Shown here one piece after another: positions 40,994-51,572 of a stretch of DNA of 64,000 bases. The stretch comes from a bacterium (lineage in GTDB: Bacteria; UBA8248; JACPRG01; G963555815): contig OZ244653.1 in NCBI GenBank assembly GCA_965218795.1, forward strand, positions 736,001 through 800,000. Reading direction: 5' to 3'. How positions within the stretch are numbered: position 1 is the stretch's first letter; each line of letters starts with the position of its first letter. The notes beneath the pieces were generated by a model, which worked only from the letters and a program-made list of their open reading frames with translations, ran no database searches and had not been told where the DNA came from. Position numbers and translations under genes: made by a program.

Positions 40994-41841
40994 ATGACTG
41001 ACGTCAACCCCCCACCGATAACCTGCTTTGGCCAACCCTTAAAGCATTGGAAGCCCGGGGAGGTTCCGCCTCCGTTCAGGAACTATCGGAACAGTTGGCC
41101 TCCGATCTGCAATTGCCCGACGAGGTCTTGAACGTCCCGCACGGAGAAGGACCGCAATCCGAATTCGATTATCGCGCTGGATGGGCGCGCACCCGCTTGA
41201 AGTATGCTGACGCAGTCGACAACACGTCGAGAGGCATTTGGACGATCACGGAACTTGGTCGACGGATTCGAACGGAGGAAGAAGTACGCGACCTGGTCCG
41301 TCAGGGACGTGCCGAGCGGCACCGGAAGAGGCGATCGCGGAACATCGAGTCTGAAGCAGAGAACGGCGACGGGGTCAAAGAGCAGGATTGGACGGAAGAT
41401 ATTCTCGATATTGTGCGACGTATGAAACCCGACGCCTTCGAGCGACTTTGTCAGCGCGTTCTTCGGGAATCAGGATTCACCAAGGTTGAAGTATCGGGCC
41501 GCTCTGGAGATGGCGGTATCGACGGTGCCGGGGTATTGCGCGTCAACCTCATCTCGTTTCATGTTCGCTTCCAGTGCAAGAGATACGCTGGTTCGGTCGG
41601 TGCGCCTGAAATTCGAGACTTCAGGGGAGCCATGATCGGTCGCGCAGACAAGGGGTTGTTCATCACCACAGGCTGGTTCACCAAGGATGCGGAACGAGAA
41701 GCCGTCCGGGACGGGGCACCTGCTATCGATCTGATCAATGGCATCGAACTTTGCCGGCTTCTGAGGGAGCTTGAACTGGGTGTAAGCATCGTGACCGTCG
41801 AAGTTGCCAAGCCTAGGCCGGAATTCTTCGAGGGCCTCTAA
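40994..41841 (+). CDS. mrr: Mrr-family (type IV) restriction endonuclease; start codon one base out of frame at a C6 run
   Basis: Mrr_N LLWPTLKALEARGGS...RAGWAR; catalytic SGDGGID..QCKRY. One extra C at 41008-41013 joins ATG 40994. Confidence 0.85.
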
Positions 41842-41923
41842 GACGCATGCTCACAGCGCTCGGCGTGCGGCCGAGCCTCTATCTCGCGACGAAGGCGCAC
41901 AGGGTTGTATGGAAGTTGTAAAG

Positions 41924-42947
41924 TGTGGGGTTCGTATAGATCATTTCAATTCGTGCAGCTTCTGATCCATCACGTAGTTCTGGTCCCGGATTCGCTCCTT
42001 GGTCGGTTCGAACGCGGCGTAGACGTCTTCGGGCAGGGGCGTTTTCGACAGCAGGTCGCAAACACGATCAATGGGTGAACGGCCGTTCAGGGCCGTATGC
42101 GGTCGATGCCAATTGTAGAAGTACCGCCATTCGTCCAGCTGCTGTTGAAGATCGACTGCCTTCAGAGCGACGGTTGACCAGAACTCCTGCAGATCGGTCT
42201 TCTGGCTGCGCTTGCCCTTGCCGTTCAGATGGGGTGACCGAGGCTTGATCGGACGGAACTTGATCGCCCATTCGCATGAGGCGTTGCTGGACCTTGCAGG
42301 CGAAGAACTCGCGGCCACGGTCCGTCTGGGTCCGCTGTATGGGGAAAGGCATCTCCTCAAGCACCTGCTCAAGGAAGTCAAGGGTGTTCGAGGCCGTGCG
42401 GCGCGGATCAATCCCAACACCTTGTAGCGGCTGCAATCGTCTATCGCCGTATATGGATACAGGGCCGGGGCGATCTGACAGACATCCATCAGGACGCGGT
42501 CCCCCGGGACGGGCCGGACATAGCGTTTGCTCCTTTTCCGCCAAGACCGTTTGCGTTCGAGAACGTTGACCCCATGCCGCTCCAGGACCTTGTGGACCGT
42601 CTCAAGCGAGAGGCGAAGGTCGTGACGACGAATGAGCTCGCTTCTGAGCTGCTTTATCCCAAGCCGCCGCTCAAGACGGAGGCGGACGATCAAGCGCTCT
42701 TCCCGCTCGAACACCTTCTTCCTCGGAGATCGGTGAGGACGCCTGCTCTGGCTACTCAGGCCGTCCACACCGGCCTGGTCGTATCTCCGTTGCCATTTGC
42801 GTAGGGTCGGTCGGGAAATACCGCATCGTCGGCAAACGAGGCCCGCGTCGCCGGTTGCCTTATACAACTCGATCCAGCCCAGGCGCTTCTCCTGATCCGC
42901 ATCCATTCCTCATCTTACGAGATGAAATGATCTATACGAACCCCACA
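41924..42947 (-). mobile_element. IS481-family insertion sequence (1024 bp)
   Basis: Perfect 25-bp terminal IRs TGTGGGGTTCGTATAGATCATTTCA (41924-41948 / 42923-42947); flanks TGTAAAG and TATAAAG (imperfect 7-bp TSD). Confidence 0.93.
41941..42906 (-). pseudogene. IS481 DDE transposase with two compensating frameshifts
   Basis: HTH, TAIDDCSR and YNWHRPH lie in one frame, but NTLDFLEQVLEEMPFPIQRTQTDRGREF lies in another; the usual NGKVER appears as NGKGKR. Confidence 0.85.
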
Positions 42948-43159
42948 TATAAAGAAAACGGTGCCGGGAACCTGGACAAATCTCTGTTCCGAGCCAGGTA
43001 AAGCAAATCCCCGCTATCCTAGAGGCAGCAGTTTCCCCACGAGATACCACACAGCGCAAATAAGCTGGTGGCCACACTTGCCCCGACTCTTGCGGGCGGT
43101 CAATCAACCGGTTAGATTTCAATCGAACGGATTCGGGCTCAAACCGGAAGGGGCGCTCA

Positions 43160-43960
43160 TTGAGACTGGAAGATAAAGTGGCTCTCGTTACGGGCGGCAG
43201 CCGGGGGGTCGGCCTGGGGATCTGCACATGCTTGGCGGAGGAGGGGGCGTCGGTCATCGTCGCCGATGTCGACGCCGAGACCGCGGATGAGGCGGCGAAC
43301 GCCCTGAGCAAGCAGGAAAACAAGCCCCTCGCGCTGCTCATGGACGTGCGGGATGAATCCTCAGTCCGCGAGGGCGTGCGAAAAACCCTGGAACATTTCG
43401 GCCGGATCGACATTCTTGTCAATAACGCGGGCGTCCTGGGCGGACGGGTTCTGGGCGTTCCGCTGACCGACCTGTCCGTTGAGGACTGGGACCGGGCCTA
43501 CGAGGTCAACACGCGGGGGACCTTCCTGGTCTGCCGGGAGGTTGCCCCGCACATGAAGGAGCGGCGCTCCGGGAGTATCCTGAACGTGTCCTCCCGCGCG
43601 GGTCGGGACGGGCGCGAGACGCTTCCTCATTACGGGAGCGCGAAGGCGGCGGTGATCAACTTCACGATGGCGCTGGCCAAGGAGATGGCCCCGTATTTCG
43701 TGACCGTCAATGCGGTCTGCCCCGGACTGCTCTGGACGCCCATGTGGAACGACCTGGGAAAGCTTTACGCCGAGAAGTTCCCTGAATTTCGGGGGATGAC
43801 GCCCCGGCAGGTCTTTGACGAGTTCGTGAACCGTCAGCCGCTCAGAAGGGAGCAGACCACGGAGGACATCGGCCGCGCGGCCGTATTCCTTGTATCCGGA
43901 GACGCGCGGAATATTACCGGCCAAGCCCTTCTGGTGGATGGTGGTTCGGTAATGTTTTGA
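43160..43960 (+). CDS. Short-chain dehydrogenase/reductase
   Basis: TGGSRGVG, NNAG, YGSAK, VCPG. Confidence 0.92.
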   Translation: MRLEDKVALVTGGSRGVGLGICTCLAEEGASVIVADVDAETADEAANALSKQENKPLALLMDVRDESSVREGVRKTLEHFGRIDILVNNAGVLGGRVLGVPLTDLSVEDWDRAYEVNTRGTFLVCREVAPHMKERRSGSILNVSSRAGRDGRETLPHYGSAKAAVINFTMALAKEMAPYFVTVNAVCPGLLWTPMWNDLGKLYAEKFPEFRGMTPRQVFDEFVNRQPLRREQTTEDIGRAAVFLVSGDARNITGQALLVDGGSVMF

Positions 43961-44180
43961 TTTCAATTTCAAATATATATGTGCTATTCTTTAATGTATT
44001 TATGAAGGATAGGCGGAAGGCGCAGTCAAGTTCGGATGAGTGTTGCCTGTTCCACTTGGAAAGCCTATTCTTTCAAGTAGATCAGACGGCGGTCCGGAAG
44101 TGTGGGGAGAGCCGCGTATATGGACCGTGCTGAAGAAGATGAGGGTCTGCGGGCCTGCAACCAACCCACGTGGAGATGAG

Positions 44181-46997
44181 ATGTTCGGATTCATCAGAAA
44201 GGTCGTCGGGAGCAAGAACGACCGAGAGCTCAAGCGTATTGGTGCATACGTCGAGCGGACCAACGCGTTCGAACCGGAGATGCAGAAGCTCTCCGACAAC
44301 CAGTTGCGCGGGAAGAAGTCCGAGTTCAGGAAACGGCTGGAAGAGGACGCGACGCTGGAGGACCTGATACCGGAAGCCTTTGCCGCGTGCCGAGAGGTTT
44401 CCCGCCGCAAGCTCAACATGCGGCACTTCGACGTTCAGCTGATGGGCGGGGTGGTCCTCCACGAAGGAAAGATCTCCGAGATGAAGACCGGCGAAGGCAA
44501 GACCTTGGTCGCCACGCTGGCCGTCTACCTGAACGCGCTGGAGGGAAAAGGGGTCCACCTCGTCACGGTCAACGATTACCTGGCCGGGCGCGACGCCGAA
44601 TGGATGGGCTCGCTCTATGAAGGGCTTGGCCTCACCGTCGGGGTCATCCAGCACGACATGGACGACGCCGACCGCCAGCAGGCCTATGCCTGCGACGTAA
44701 CCTACGGGACGAACAACGAGTTCGGCTTCGATTACCTGCGCGACAACATGAAGTTCTCCGTGGAGGAGATGGTCCAGCCCGAGCTGAATTTCGCCATCGT
44801 GGACGAGGTGGACAGCATCCTGATCGACGAGGCCCGGACGCCGCTCATCATATCGGGTCCGGCCGAGCAATCCACCGACCTGTACTATAAAATCGACCGC
44901 CTCATTTCCCCCATGCTCAAGGTCAAGGAAGGGTTCGAGGAAGAAGAGAGCGTCGAGGAGGATCTGCCCGATTCCGAAAAGGACGCTATCAGCAAGGTCA
45001 AATACGAATACCTGACGGTGGACGAGAAGAGCCGGACGGCCACCCTGAACGAATCTGGTATGCCCGAGATGGAAAAGCGCCTCCAGAAGGCGGGACTGAT
45101 GGATTCGGGCAGCCTGTTCGACCTGGAACAGATCGAAATCCTGCATCACGTCAATCAGGCCCTGAAGGCCCACGTCCTGTTCCAGCGAGACGTGGACTAT
45201 GTCGTCCAGGAGGGACAGGTGGTCATCGTGGACGAGTTCACCGGACGAACGATGCCCGGCCGTCGTTACAGCGAAGGCCTCCACCAGGCCCTGGAGGCCA
45301 AAGAGCACGTCAAGATCGAGAACGAGAACCAGACCCTCGCCACGATCACCTTTCAGAACTATTTCCGAATGTACAACAAGCTGGCGGGAATGACCGGGAC
45401 GGCGGACACCGAGGCCGCGGAGTTCGCTCAGATATACAACCTGGACGTCGTCGTGGTTCCGACCAACCAGACGCTCATCCGGACCGAGTACCCCGACGTG
45501 GTCTACCGGACCGAGTCTGAGAAGTACGATGCCGCGGTGAACGAGATCGCCGAGTGCCATGAGCGCGGCCAGCCCACTCTCGTCGGCACCGGGTCCATCG
45601 AGAACTCCGAGAAGGTCAGCAAGCTCCTGAAGCGGCGGGGGATCCCTCATAACGTGTTGAACGCCAAAAACCACGCCCGGGAGGCGGATTTCATCGCACA
45701 GGCGGGCCGGCTCAAGGCCGTGACGATCTCAACGAACATGGCGGGCCGCGGGACGGATATCCTTCTGGGCGGCAACCCGGAGTTTCTGGCGAAGACCGCG
45801 GCGGCCGGCGATGAGCGCTCGACGTTCGAAGCCGAGTTCCCCAAGTATCAGGAGATCTGTGATCAGGAGCATCAGGATGTCGTCGCTCTCGGCGGTCTGC
45901 ACGTCATCGGCACCGAGCGACACGAGAGCCGCCGCATCGACAATCAGCTTCGCGGCCGCTCGGGCCGTCAGGGCGATCCGGGCTCCTCCCGTTTCTATCT
46001 GTCTCTGGAGGACAGCCTTCTCCGCATCTTCGGCTCGGACCGCATCAGCGGGATCATGGAAAAACTGGGCATGGAAGAGGGCGAGCCCATTGAGCACAAC
46101 ATGGTCACCAAGGCCATCGGCAATGCCCAGAAGAAGGTGGAGGCCTATCACTTCGACATCCGCAAACATCTCCTGGAATACGACGACGTGATGAACAAGC
46201 AGCGGGAGGTCATCTACGACCAGCGGCGGGAGGTCATCGACGGCGGGAACAGCCGCGAGATGCTCTTCAGCATGGTCGAGGACGTGGCCGAGGCCGCCGT
46301 CGGCCAGTACCTGGACAACGATCTCCATCCGGATGATTGGGATTTGGACGGGCTGGTGCAGGCCCTGGAACGGCTGTTCAATCTGGAGGTCGAGCGGAAC
46401 GGCTTCATGATCTCCCTGGGCGGGAGCCAAAACTGGATCAGCTTGGAGGAGTCCACGCCGGACGAAGTGACCGAGCAGGTCATGGCCGCCATTGCGCAGG
46501 CCTACAAGGGAAAGGAAGAGGCGACGGGAGAGGATACACTCCGCTTTCTGGAGCGGCTGGTCATGCTGCAGATCATCGACGACCAGTGGAAGGACCACCT
46601 CCTGGCCATGGACCACCTCAAGGAAGGCATCGGGTTCCGGGGTTACGCCCAAAAGAATCCGCTCAACGAATACAAACGGGAGGGATTCGACATCTTCTCG
46701 TCCATGATGGACCGTATCAAGGAGGAGATCCCGGAATACCTGCTCCGCGTCCAGGTGAGCCCGGATGAGGAGGGGATGGACGAAGGCCTGTTGGGCCGCC
46801 GGGGGGCACGGATGTTCGAGCACCGCGGCGAGGAGATGGCGCCTTCGTCCTACGAGGGCGAAGACGAGTTGGTTGCGAACACCTCGGAGCCCGCTGCGGT
46901 CGAGACTTACCGGCGCGACGGACGGAAGATCGGCCGGAACGAATCCTGCCCCTGCGGAAGCGGGAAAAAATACAAGCACTGCCACGGAAGGACCTGA
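44181..46997 (+). CDS. secA: Preprotein translocase ATPase SecA
   Basis: [44 protein letters not shown]-terminal [13 protein letters not shown]. Confidence 0.98.
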   Translation: MFGFIRKVVGSKNDRELKRIGAYVERTNAFEPEMQKLSDNQLRGKKSEFRKRLEEDATLEDLIPEAFAACREVSRRKLNMRHFDVQLMGGVVLHEGKISEMKTGEGKTLVATLAVYLNALEGKGVHLVTVNDYLAGRDAEWMGSLYEGLGLTVGVIQHDMDDADRQQAYACDVTYGTNNEFGFDYLRDNMKFSVEEMVQPELNFAIVDEVDSILIDEARTPLIISGPAEQSTDLYYKIDRLISPMLKVKEGFEEEESVEEDLPDSEKDAISKVKYEYLTVDEKSRTATLNESGMPEMEKRLQKAGLMDSGSLFDLEQIEILHHVNQALKAHVLFQRDVDYVVQEGQVVIVDEFTGRTMPGRRYSEGLHQALEAKEHVKIENENQTLATITFQNYFRMYNKLAGMTGTADTEAAEFAQIYNLDVVVVPTNQTLIRTEYPDVVYRTESEKYDAAVNEIAECHERGQPTLVGTGSIENSEKVSKLLKRRGIPHNVLNAKNHAREADFIAQAGRLKAVTISTNMAGRGTDILLGGNPEFLAKTAAAGDERSTFEAEFPKYQEICDQEHQDVVALGGLHVIGTERHESRRIDNQLRGRSGRQGDPGSSRFYLSLEDSLLRIFGSDRISGIMEKLGMEEGEPIEHNMVTKAIGNAQKKVEAYHFDIRKHLLEYDDVMNKQREVIYDQRREVIDGGNSREMLFSMVEDVAEAAVGQYLDNDLHPDDWDLDGLVQALERLFNLEVERNGFMISLGGSQNWISLEESTPDEVTEQVMAAIAQAYKGKEEATGEDTLRFLERLVMLQIIDDQWKDHLLAMDHLKEGIGFRGYAQKNPLNEYKREGFDIFSSMMDRIKEEIPEYLLRVQVSPDEEGMDEGLLGRRGARMFEHRGEEMAPSSYEGEDELVANTSEPAAVETYRRDGRKIGRNESCPCGSGKKYKHCHGRT

Positions 46998-47001
46998 TCG
47001 G

Positions 47002-47823
47002 TTGGGGTTCAAGATCGCCGGTATCCAGATGAAGTGCACCCCGGAGAAGGATCGAAACCTGAAGCGGGCTTTGGAGTTGGGGAGCCTGGCCGCCGACCAG
47101 GGAGCCCGCCTCATCTGTTTTCAAGAGCTGTTTCACACGCGCTGGTTTCCCCGTAACTCAGATCCCGATGCCCAAGACCTGGCCGAGCCGATTCCCGGTC
47201 CCACGGTGGATCGCTTGGCCCTCGAGGCGCTGAAGTGGAAGGCAGCGGTCATCGCGCCGATCTTTGAGCGGGACGAGCAGGGCCGGGGATTCAACTCCGC
47301 CGCCGTCATCGACGAGAAGGGGGATCTGCAAGGGGTCTACCGAAAGGTTCACGTGCCGCATTTCGATTTGTGGGAGGAGCGCTCCTACTTTGAACCGGGC
47401 GACAGGGGGTTTCCCGTCTTCGACCTGGGTTTCGTCCGGCTCGGGGTCCTCATCTGCTGGGACGTCTTCTTCCCGGAGGGCGCGCGGGCTTTGGCCCTGG
47501 GGGGCGCTCAGTTGATCGCCGCGCCCACGGCGGCGGCCTTCGCCAGCCACCTGCGGTGGGAGACCGTCCTGCGGTCCCACGCCATTACCAACGGAGTGTA
47601 CGTCCTTCGGGTGAACCGGGTCGGTAGCGAAGAAGAGCAGGATTTCTACGGCGCAAGCTTTTGCGCGGATCCCGAAGGAGACCTCGTGGGCGAGCCGAGC
47701 GGCATGACAGACGGCGTCCTCCTTGCGGATATTGATCCGGCCCGCGTCGACCAGGTTCGGAACGAGTGGACCTACATCTCCGACCGACGCCCCGACGTCT
47801 ACGGATCGATCGTACGGGAGTAA
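47002..47823 (+). CDS. Carbon-nitrogen hydrolase (N-carbamoylputrescine amidase-like)
   Basis: FQELF, YRKVH and ICWD supply the E-K-C triad; RRPDVY; TTG start just after secA. Confidence 0.9.
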   Translation: MGFKIAGIQMKCTPEKDRNLKRALELGSLAADQGARLICFQELFHTRWFPRNSDPDAQDLAEPIPGPTVDRLALEALKWKAAVIAPIFERDEQGRGFNSAAVIDEKGDLQGVYRKVHVPHFDLWEERSYFEPGDRGFPVFDLGFVRLGVLICWDVFFPEGARALALGGAQLIAAPTAAAFASHLRWETVLRSHAITNGVYVLRVNRVGSEEEQDFYGASFCADPEGDLVGEPSGMTDGVLLADIDPARVDQVRNEWTYISDRRPDVYGSIVRE

Positions 47824-47864
47824 GCGGCGGCAGCTCCGCCTTCCCCTTGGATTGGGTTTGCCGC

Positions 47865-48209
47865 ATGGCAAGTTCTTGGAGGGCCTCCTTGTCGCTCAGG
47901 ATACTCTCGGCTTTCCTCATCGCACTCACGCTGGTTGCCTGCGGGCCGTCCTGGCGGGCCCGCTTCGTGAGAGAATCTGTTGATCAAGCGACCCGGGATT
48001 CCGTAACAAAGAGGCTGGGCGCGCCCCACTTCACCCGCGAACTGGACTCCGGCGGGTCCGTCTGGGTCTATCAGTACAAAGGGTCACGGCCGTTTTTGAC
48101 GACGTTTCGCAGTCACGCCCAGGGCGGCGGCTCCTACTGCACGGAGTTCATCCTGACCTTCGACGAGAAGAAGATCCTCCGTGAGTGGAAAGCCCACGAT
48201 TGTAATTAG
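47865..48209 (+). CDS. Small lipoprotein (BamE/SmpA-like pattern)
   Basis: Lipobox LVAC; LGAP...WVYQY...LTFDEKKIL. Confidence 0.65.
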   Translation: MASSWRASLSLRILSAFLIALTLVACGPSWRARFVRESVDQATRDSVTKRLGAPHFTRELDSGGSVWVYQYKGSRPFLTTFRSHAQGGGSYCTEFILTFDEKKILREWKAHDCN

Positions 48210-48359
48210 ATTCGAAGGGAAACCGGGGGCCAAGCCCTCTACAAACCTTATCCCCAACGCCGCGCGCTGAGACGTCTCGCTCCGTGTGTCCTTCTGATGG
48301 CCTTGTCCCTTGCGGCTTGCTCCTTTGTTCAGAAGATGGGGGGGAATCCGTATCAGGCC

Positions 48360-48700
48360 CTGCTCTGTTAGCCCGAGACCGGATCCCCGCCGTACCCCCG
48401 GTCATCTTTCATCACGGGATGGTCGTAGGCCTTCATGGACTCTCGGGCGCCTCCGAGCGGAGGTATTCGCTGGAGTCGTTTTGTCACGCCCTGGCGGGGG
48501 ACGGTTACCTGGCTTCCCTCCCGGTCCGGAGGCTCCAAACCCCCGGCCCGTCATGGCGGTGGATGACCGGGGCGGTACAGCCGGAGCAACACCGACTGCC
48601 GTCCGGGTCCGACGCGCGCCCACCGACTGTTTTACGCGGTCGGCCCTACTGGTCGGCCGTGCGGGCGTTCCTGGACAAGTATGTGAAGTCATCCGAGGAT
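48360..48700 (+). pseudogene. Degraded alpha/beta-hydrolase (dienelactone hydrolase-like) remnant
   Basis: PPVIFHHG...LAGDGYLASLPVRR joined to a C-terminal YWSAVRAFLDKYV with the core missing. Confidence 0.35.
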
Positions 48701-48969
48701 TTCTCTTTCCGGTTCGGCTCGGATTCATGATCGAGTTCCCGGCCTTCGGTCGTCTCCCTCCAATCCTTTCCGCATCATTTGTTTCGGTTTTTCTAATCCG
48801 GCAAATCTGTGTAATCTGTGGATTCAATCTCAACATGGAGAATGGAATGGACGCCTCCCACTCCCTGATGTCGGACGGCGAGAGGGCTAAAGTGGACCCA
48901 CGGGGGCCGACGGCATCACAGTGCCCAAGGGGGAAGAACAAACTCTTCCCAAGCCAACCGGAGGGTCCA

Positions 48970-49999
48970 ATGATGAAGACTGGCAGAACGGTCGTGGGCG
49001 TGGATACGGCGAAAAGGGTGTTTCAACTGTACTGGGTCGACATGGAGACGGGCGAGATCATGGGTCTGAGGCTGACACGGGCGAAGTTCCTGGAGCACTT
49101 CGCCAATCGCGCGCCGTGCCTGATTGGCATGGAGGCGTGCGGCGGCTCGCAGCACTGGTCGCGCCGGCTGCAGGAGCTGGGCCACGCGGTCAGGCTTCTG
49201 CCGGCAAAGATGGTCAGACCGTTCGTGGGCGGCAACAAGAGCGATGTACATGACGCACGCGCGCTCTGGACGGCGGTGCAGCAGCCCGGCATCAAGACGG
49301 TTGCGCTCAAGAGCGAGGAGCAACAGGCGGTCCTGGTGCTGCATCGCATGCGCCAGCAGCTGGTGAAGTTCCACACCGCCCAGATCAACGGCCTGCGTGG
49401 TCTGTTGGCCGAATACGGCGAAGTCATGCCGCAAGGCCGGGCCGGTATGAGGGGGGGGTATGGCCGTGGCCCTTGAGCGGGTCTCGGAACGATTGCCGGC
49501 GATGGTCGTGGAGACCTTGCGTGAGCAGTGGGCGCGTGTGGCCCGGCTCGACGAGGAGATTGGTGATATCGAGCGGCGGCTCAAGCTGTGGCATCGGGAC
49601 AATGCGGCCAGCCAGCGGATCGCGGAGATCCCCGGTGTCGGGGTGCTGAGCGCGACCGCCGCGGTGGCCGCGATGGTCGATCCGGGCGCGTTCAAGTCCG
49701 GCCGGGAGTTTGCCGCCTGGCTGGGTCTGGTGCCCCGACACAGCGGCACCGGCGGGCGGGTTCGCATGCTCGGCATCTCCAAGCGCGGGGACACCTACCT
49801 GCGGACCCTGCTGATCCACGGCGCCCGCTCGGTGCTCACCCACACCAAGGCGCCGCCGGAGTGGCGGGTGCGACTGGCCGAGCGCCGGCCGGCGAACGTC
49901 GTCGCTGTTGCGCTGGCGAACAAGACGGCGCGCACGATCTGGGCCTTGCTGGCCCATGCCCGGGCGTACCAACCAAATTTTGTCAGTCAGGCCGCGTAA
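48970..49999 (+). pseudogene. IS110-family DEDD recombinase with a +1 frameshift in a G8 run (49451-49458)
   Basis: GVDTAK, GMEACG, KSDVHDA (DEDD); IPGVG, FKSGREFAAWLGLVP, SKRGDTYLR, VALANKTAR. Confidence 0.9.
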
Positions 50000-50258
50000 G
50001 CGCGGTTGGCGACAGGAACCACCAACCAAGGAGGTGGCACGCTGAAAGGTTGCGCAAGGTACGACAAGGTGTGATGGCCAACAGGTCAGACCGCGATCCG
50101 CCAAGCCTGCATGTCGTCAGGGGCGAAAAGCCCTCAAGGAGAATGAGGCGCGGGTCGGCAGATTCCATCGGGGCCAGCAGGCACAAGCCCTGCACAAACA
50201 GGCCGCATATAGAACTGCAACCTGTTGTCCGGAAACACCAAATCGTCCCTCGCAAACC
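50000..50258 (+). ncRNA. Predicted seekRNA/bridge RNA of the IS1111 element
   Basis: Two parallel stem/internal-loop modules (50105-50149 and 50158-50218) whose loop strands match the target site and the element's own ends. Exact RNA ends are unknown. Confidence 0.8.
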
Positions 50259-50280
50259 GGGAGGCGTCCATATAAACGAT

Positions 50281-51513
50281 ATGAATTCCGTGAAGTATCT
50301 GCTTATCGGTGGCGGGTTGGCTTCCAACCGGGCCGCCAAGACGCTTCGCCAAAAGGACTCGGAGGGTTCCATCCTTTTGGTGGGGGAAGAACCGCACGTC
50401 CCGTATAACCGGCCTCCTCTGTCGAAAGAATTCCTGCGCGGGGAGAATCCGAGGGGGAAATTGTTTTTCGATCAGGAAGGATACTACGGCGAAAAGATGA
50501 TTGGTCTCAGCCTGAACGCCCGGGTGGCGGAGCTGGACCCGGCGGGAAAGTCCGCGAAGCTGGAGGGGGGCGAGACCGTTGCGTTTGAAAAGGCATTCAT
50601 CGCCACGGGCGGACGGCCCGTCAGGCTGAGTGTTGCCGGCGCGGACCTGGACGGCGTTCACTACCTGCGCGATCTGGACGACACGGAAGCCATCGCGGCC
50701 GAGGCGGAGGAGGGCAAGCGCGCGGTCATCGTGGGGGCCGGCTTCATCGGCCTGGAAATCGCGGCGTCCTTGAGGCAGATGGGTGTCGAGGTGAACGTGG
50801 TCGAGGCGGAATCGCGAATCTGGTCCCGATTCACGGACGAGACGCTTTCCGGCTTTTTCCAGAATTACTGCGCGGAGAAGGGGATCACCTTCCACACGGG
50901 GGATACGGTTTTCGGGATCCTCGGCGAGGGACGGCCTTCTGCCGTGACAACGGCATCGGGGAAGGAGATCGCGTGCGACTTCGTCGTCATCGCCATCGGC
51001 ATCGTGCCCAACGTGGAGCTCGCCGAAGGCGCGGGGCTGGAGGTGGATAACGGCATCGTCGTCAACGAGTTTCTGCAAACCTCGAATCCGGATGTATACG
51101 CCGGCGGTGACTGCGCGAATTATCCGGACCCGGTGTTCGGCAAGCGGCGACGGGTGGAGCACTGGGGCCATGCGGGGTATTGCGGCACGCTGGCGGCCCA
51201 GAATATGTCGGGCGAGAAGAACAGGTACGACCATTTAACGACCGTCTGGTCCGACATCTTTGATCTCAAACTTCTGTTCGGCGGTGACGAGCACGAATTC
51301 GACCGGGTGCTGTTACGCGGGAAGCTGGAGGAGAAATCATTTGTGGCGTTTTATCTGAAAGAGAATCTTGTCCGGGCCTATTTCTCCGTGAACTCCGACA
51401 TGAAGCTGCTGCGCTTTTATCAGCGATTGATCAGGGAGAACATCGACCTCAGCGGCAAGGAAGTACAGCTCCGGGACCCGGAATTCGATGTGAAGGAATT
51501 TTTTTCGGAATAG
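50281..51513 (+). CDS. FAD-dependent ferredoxin reductase-type oxidoreductase
   Basis: IGGGLA, PYNRPPLSK, ATGG, GAGFIGLE, YAGGD, RVEHW, WSD. Confidence 0.92.
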   Translation: MNSVKYLLIGGGLASNRAAKTLRQKDSEGSILLVGEEPHVPYNRPPLSKEFLRGENPRGKLFFDQEGYYGEKMIGLSLNARVAELDPAGKSAKLEGGETVAFEKAFIATGGRPVRLSVAGADLDGVHYLRDLDDTEAIAAEAEEGKRAVIVGAGFIGLEIAASLRQMGVEVNVVEAESRIWSRFTDETLSGFFQNYCAEKGITFHTGDTVFGILGEGRPSAVTTASGKEIACDFVVIAIGIVPNVELAEGAGLEVDNGIVVNEFLQTSNPDVYAGGDCANYPDPVFGKRRRVEHWGHAGYCGTLAAQNMSGEKNRYDHLTTVWSDIFDLKLLFGGDEHEFDRVLLRGKLEEKSFVAFYLKENLVRAYFSVNSDMKLLRFYQRLIRENIDLSGKEVQLRDPEFDVKEFFSE

Positions 51514-51572
51514 GGCTTTGGGCTGGCTCATGCCCCGGCCCATACCTGTTTCATCAGCGGGCCCAGGGCGGC

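Larger units (their letters stand above)
48840..50274 (+). mobile_element. IS1111-group (IS110 family) insertion sequence
   Basis: Perfect 13-bp subterminal IRs ATGGACGCCTCCC (48847-48859 / 50259-50271), set 7 and 3 nt in from the inferred ends; no TSD; about 260-bp 3' non-coding region. Confidence 0.93.

Noticed and set aside
49588-51513. 641-aa ORF suggesting an IS-reductase fusion
   Set aside because: The first ~230 aa are an off-frame reading of the IS; the reductase fold starts at ATG 50281.
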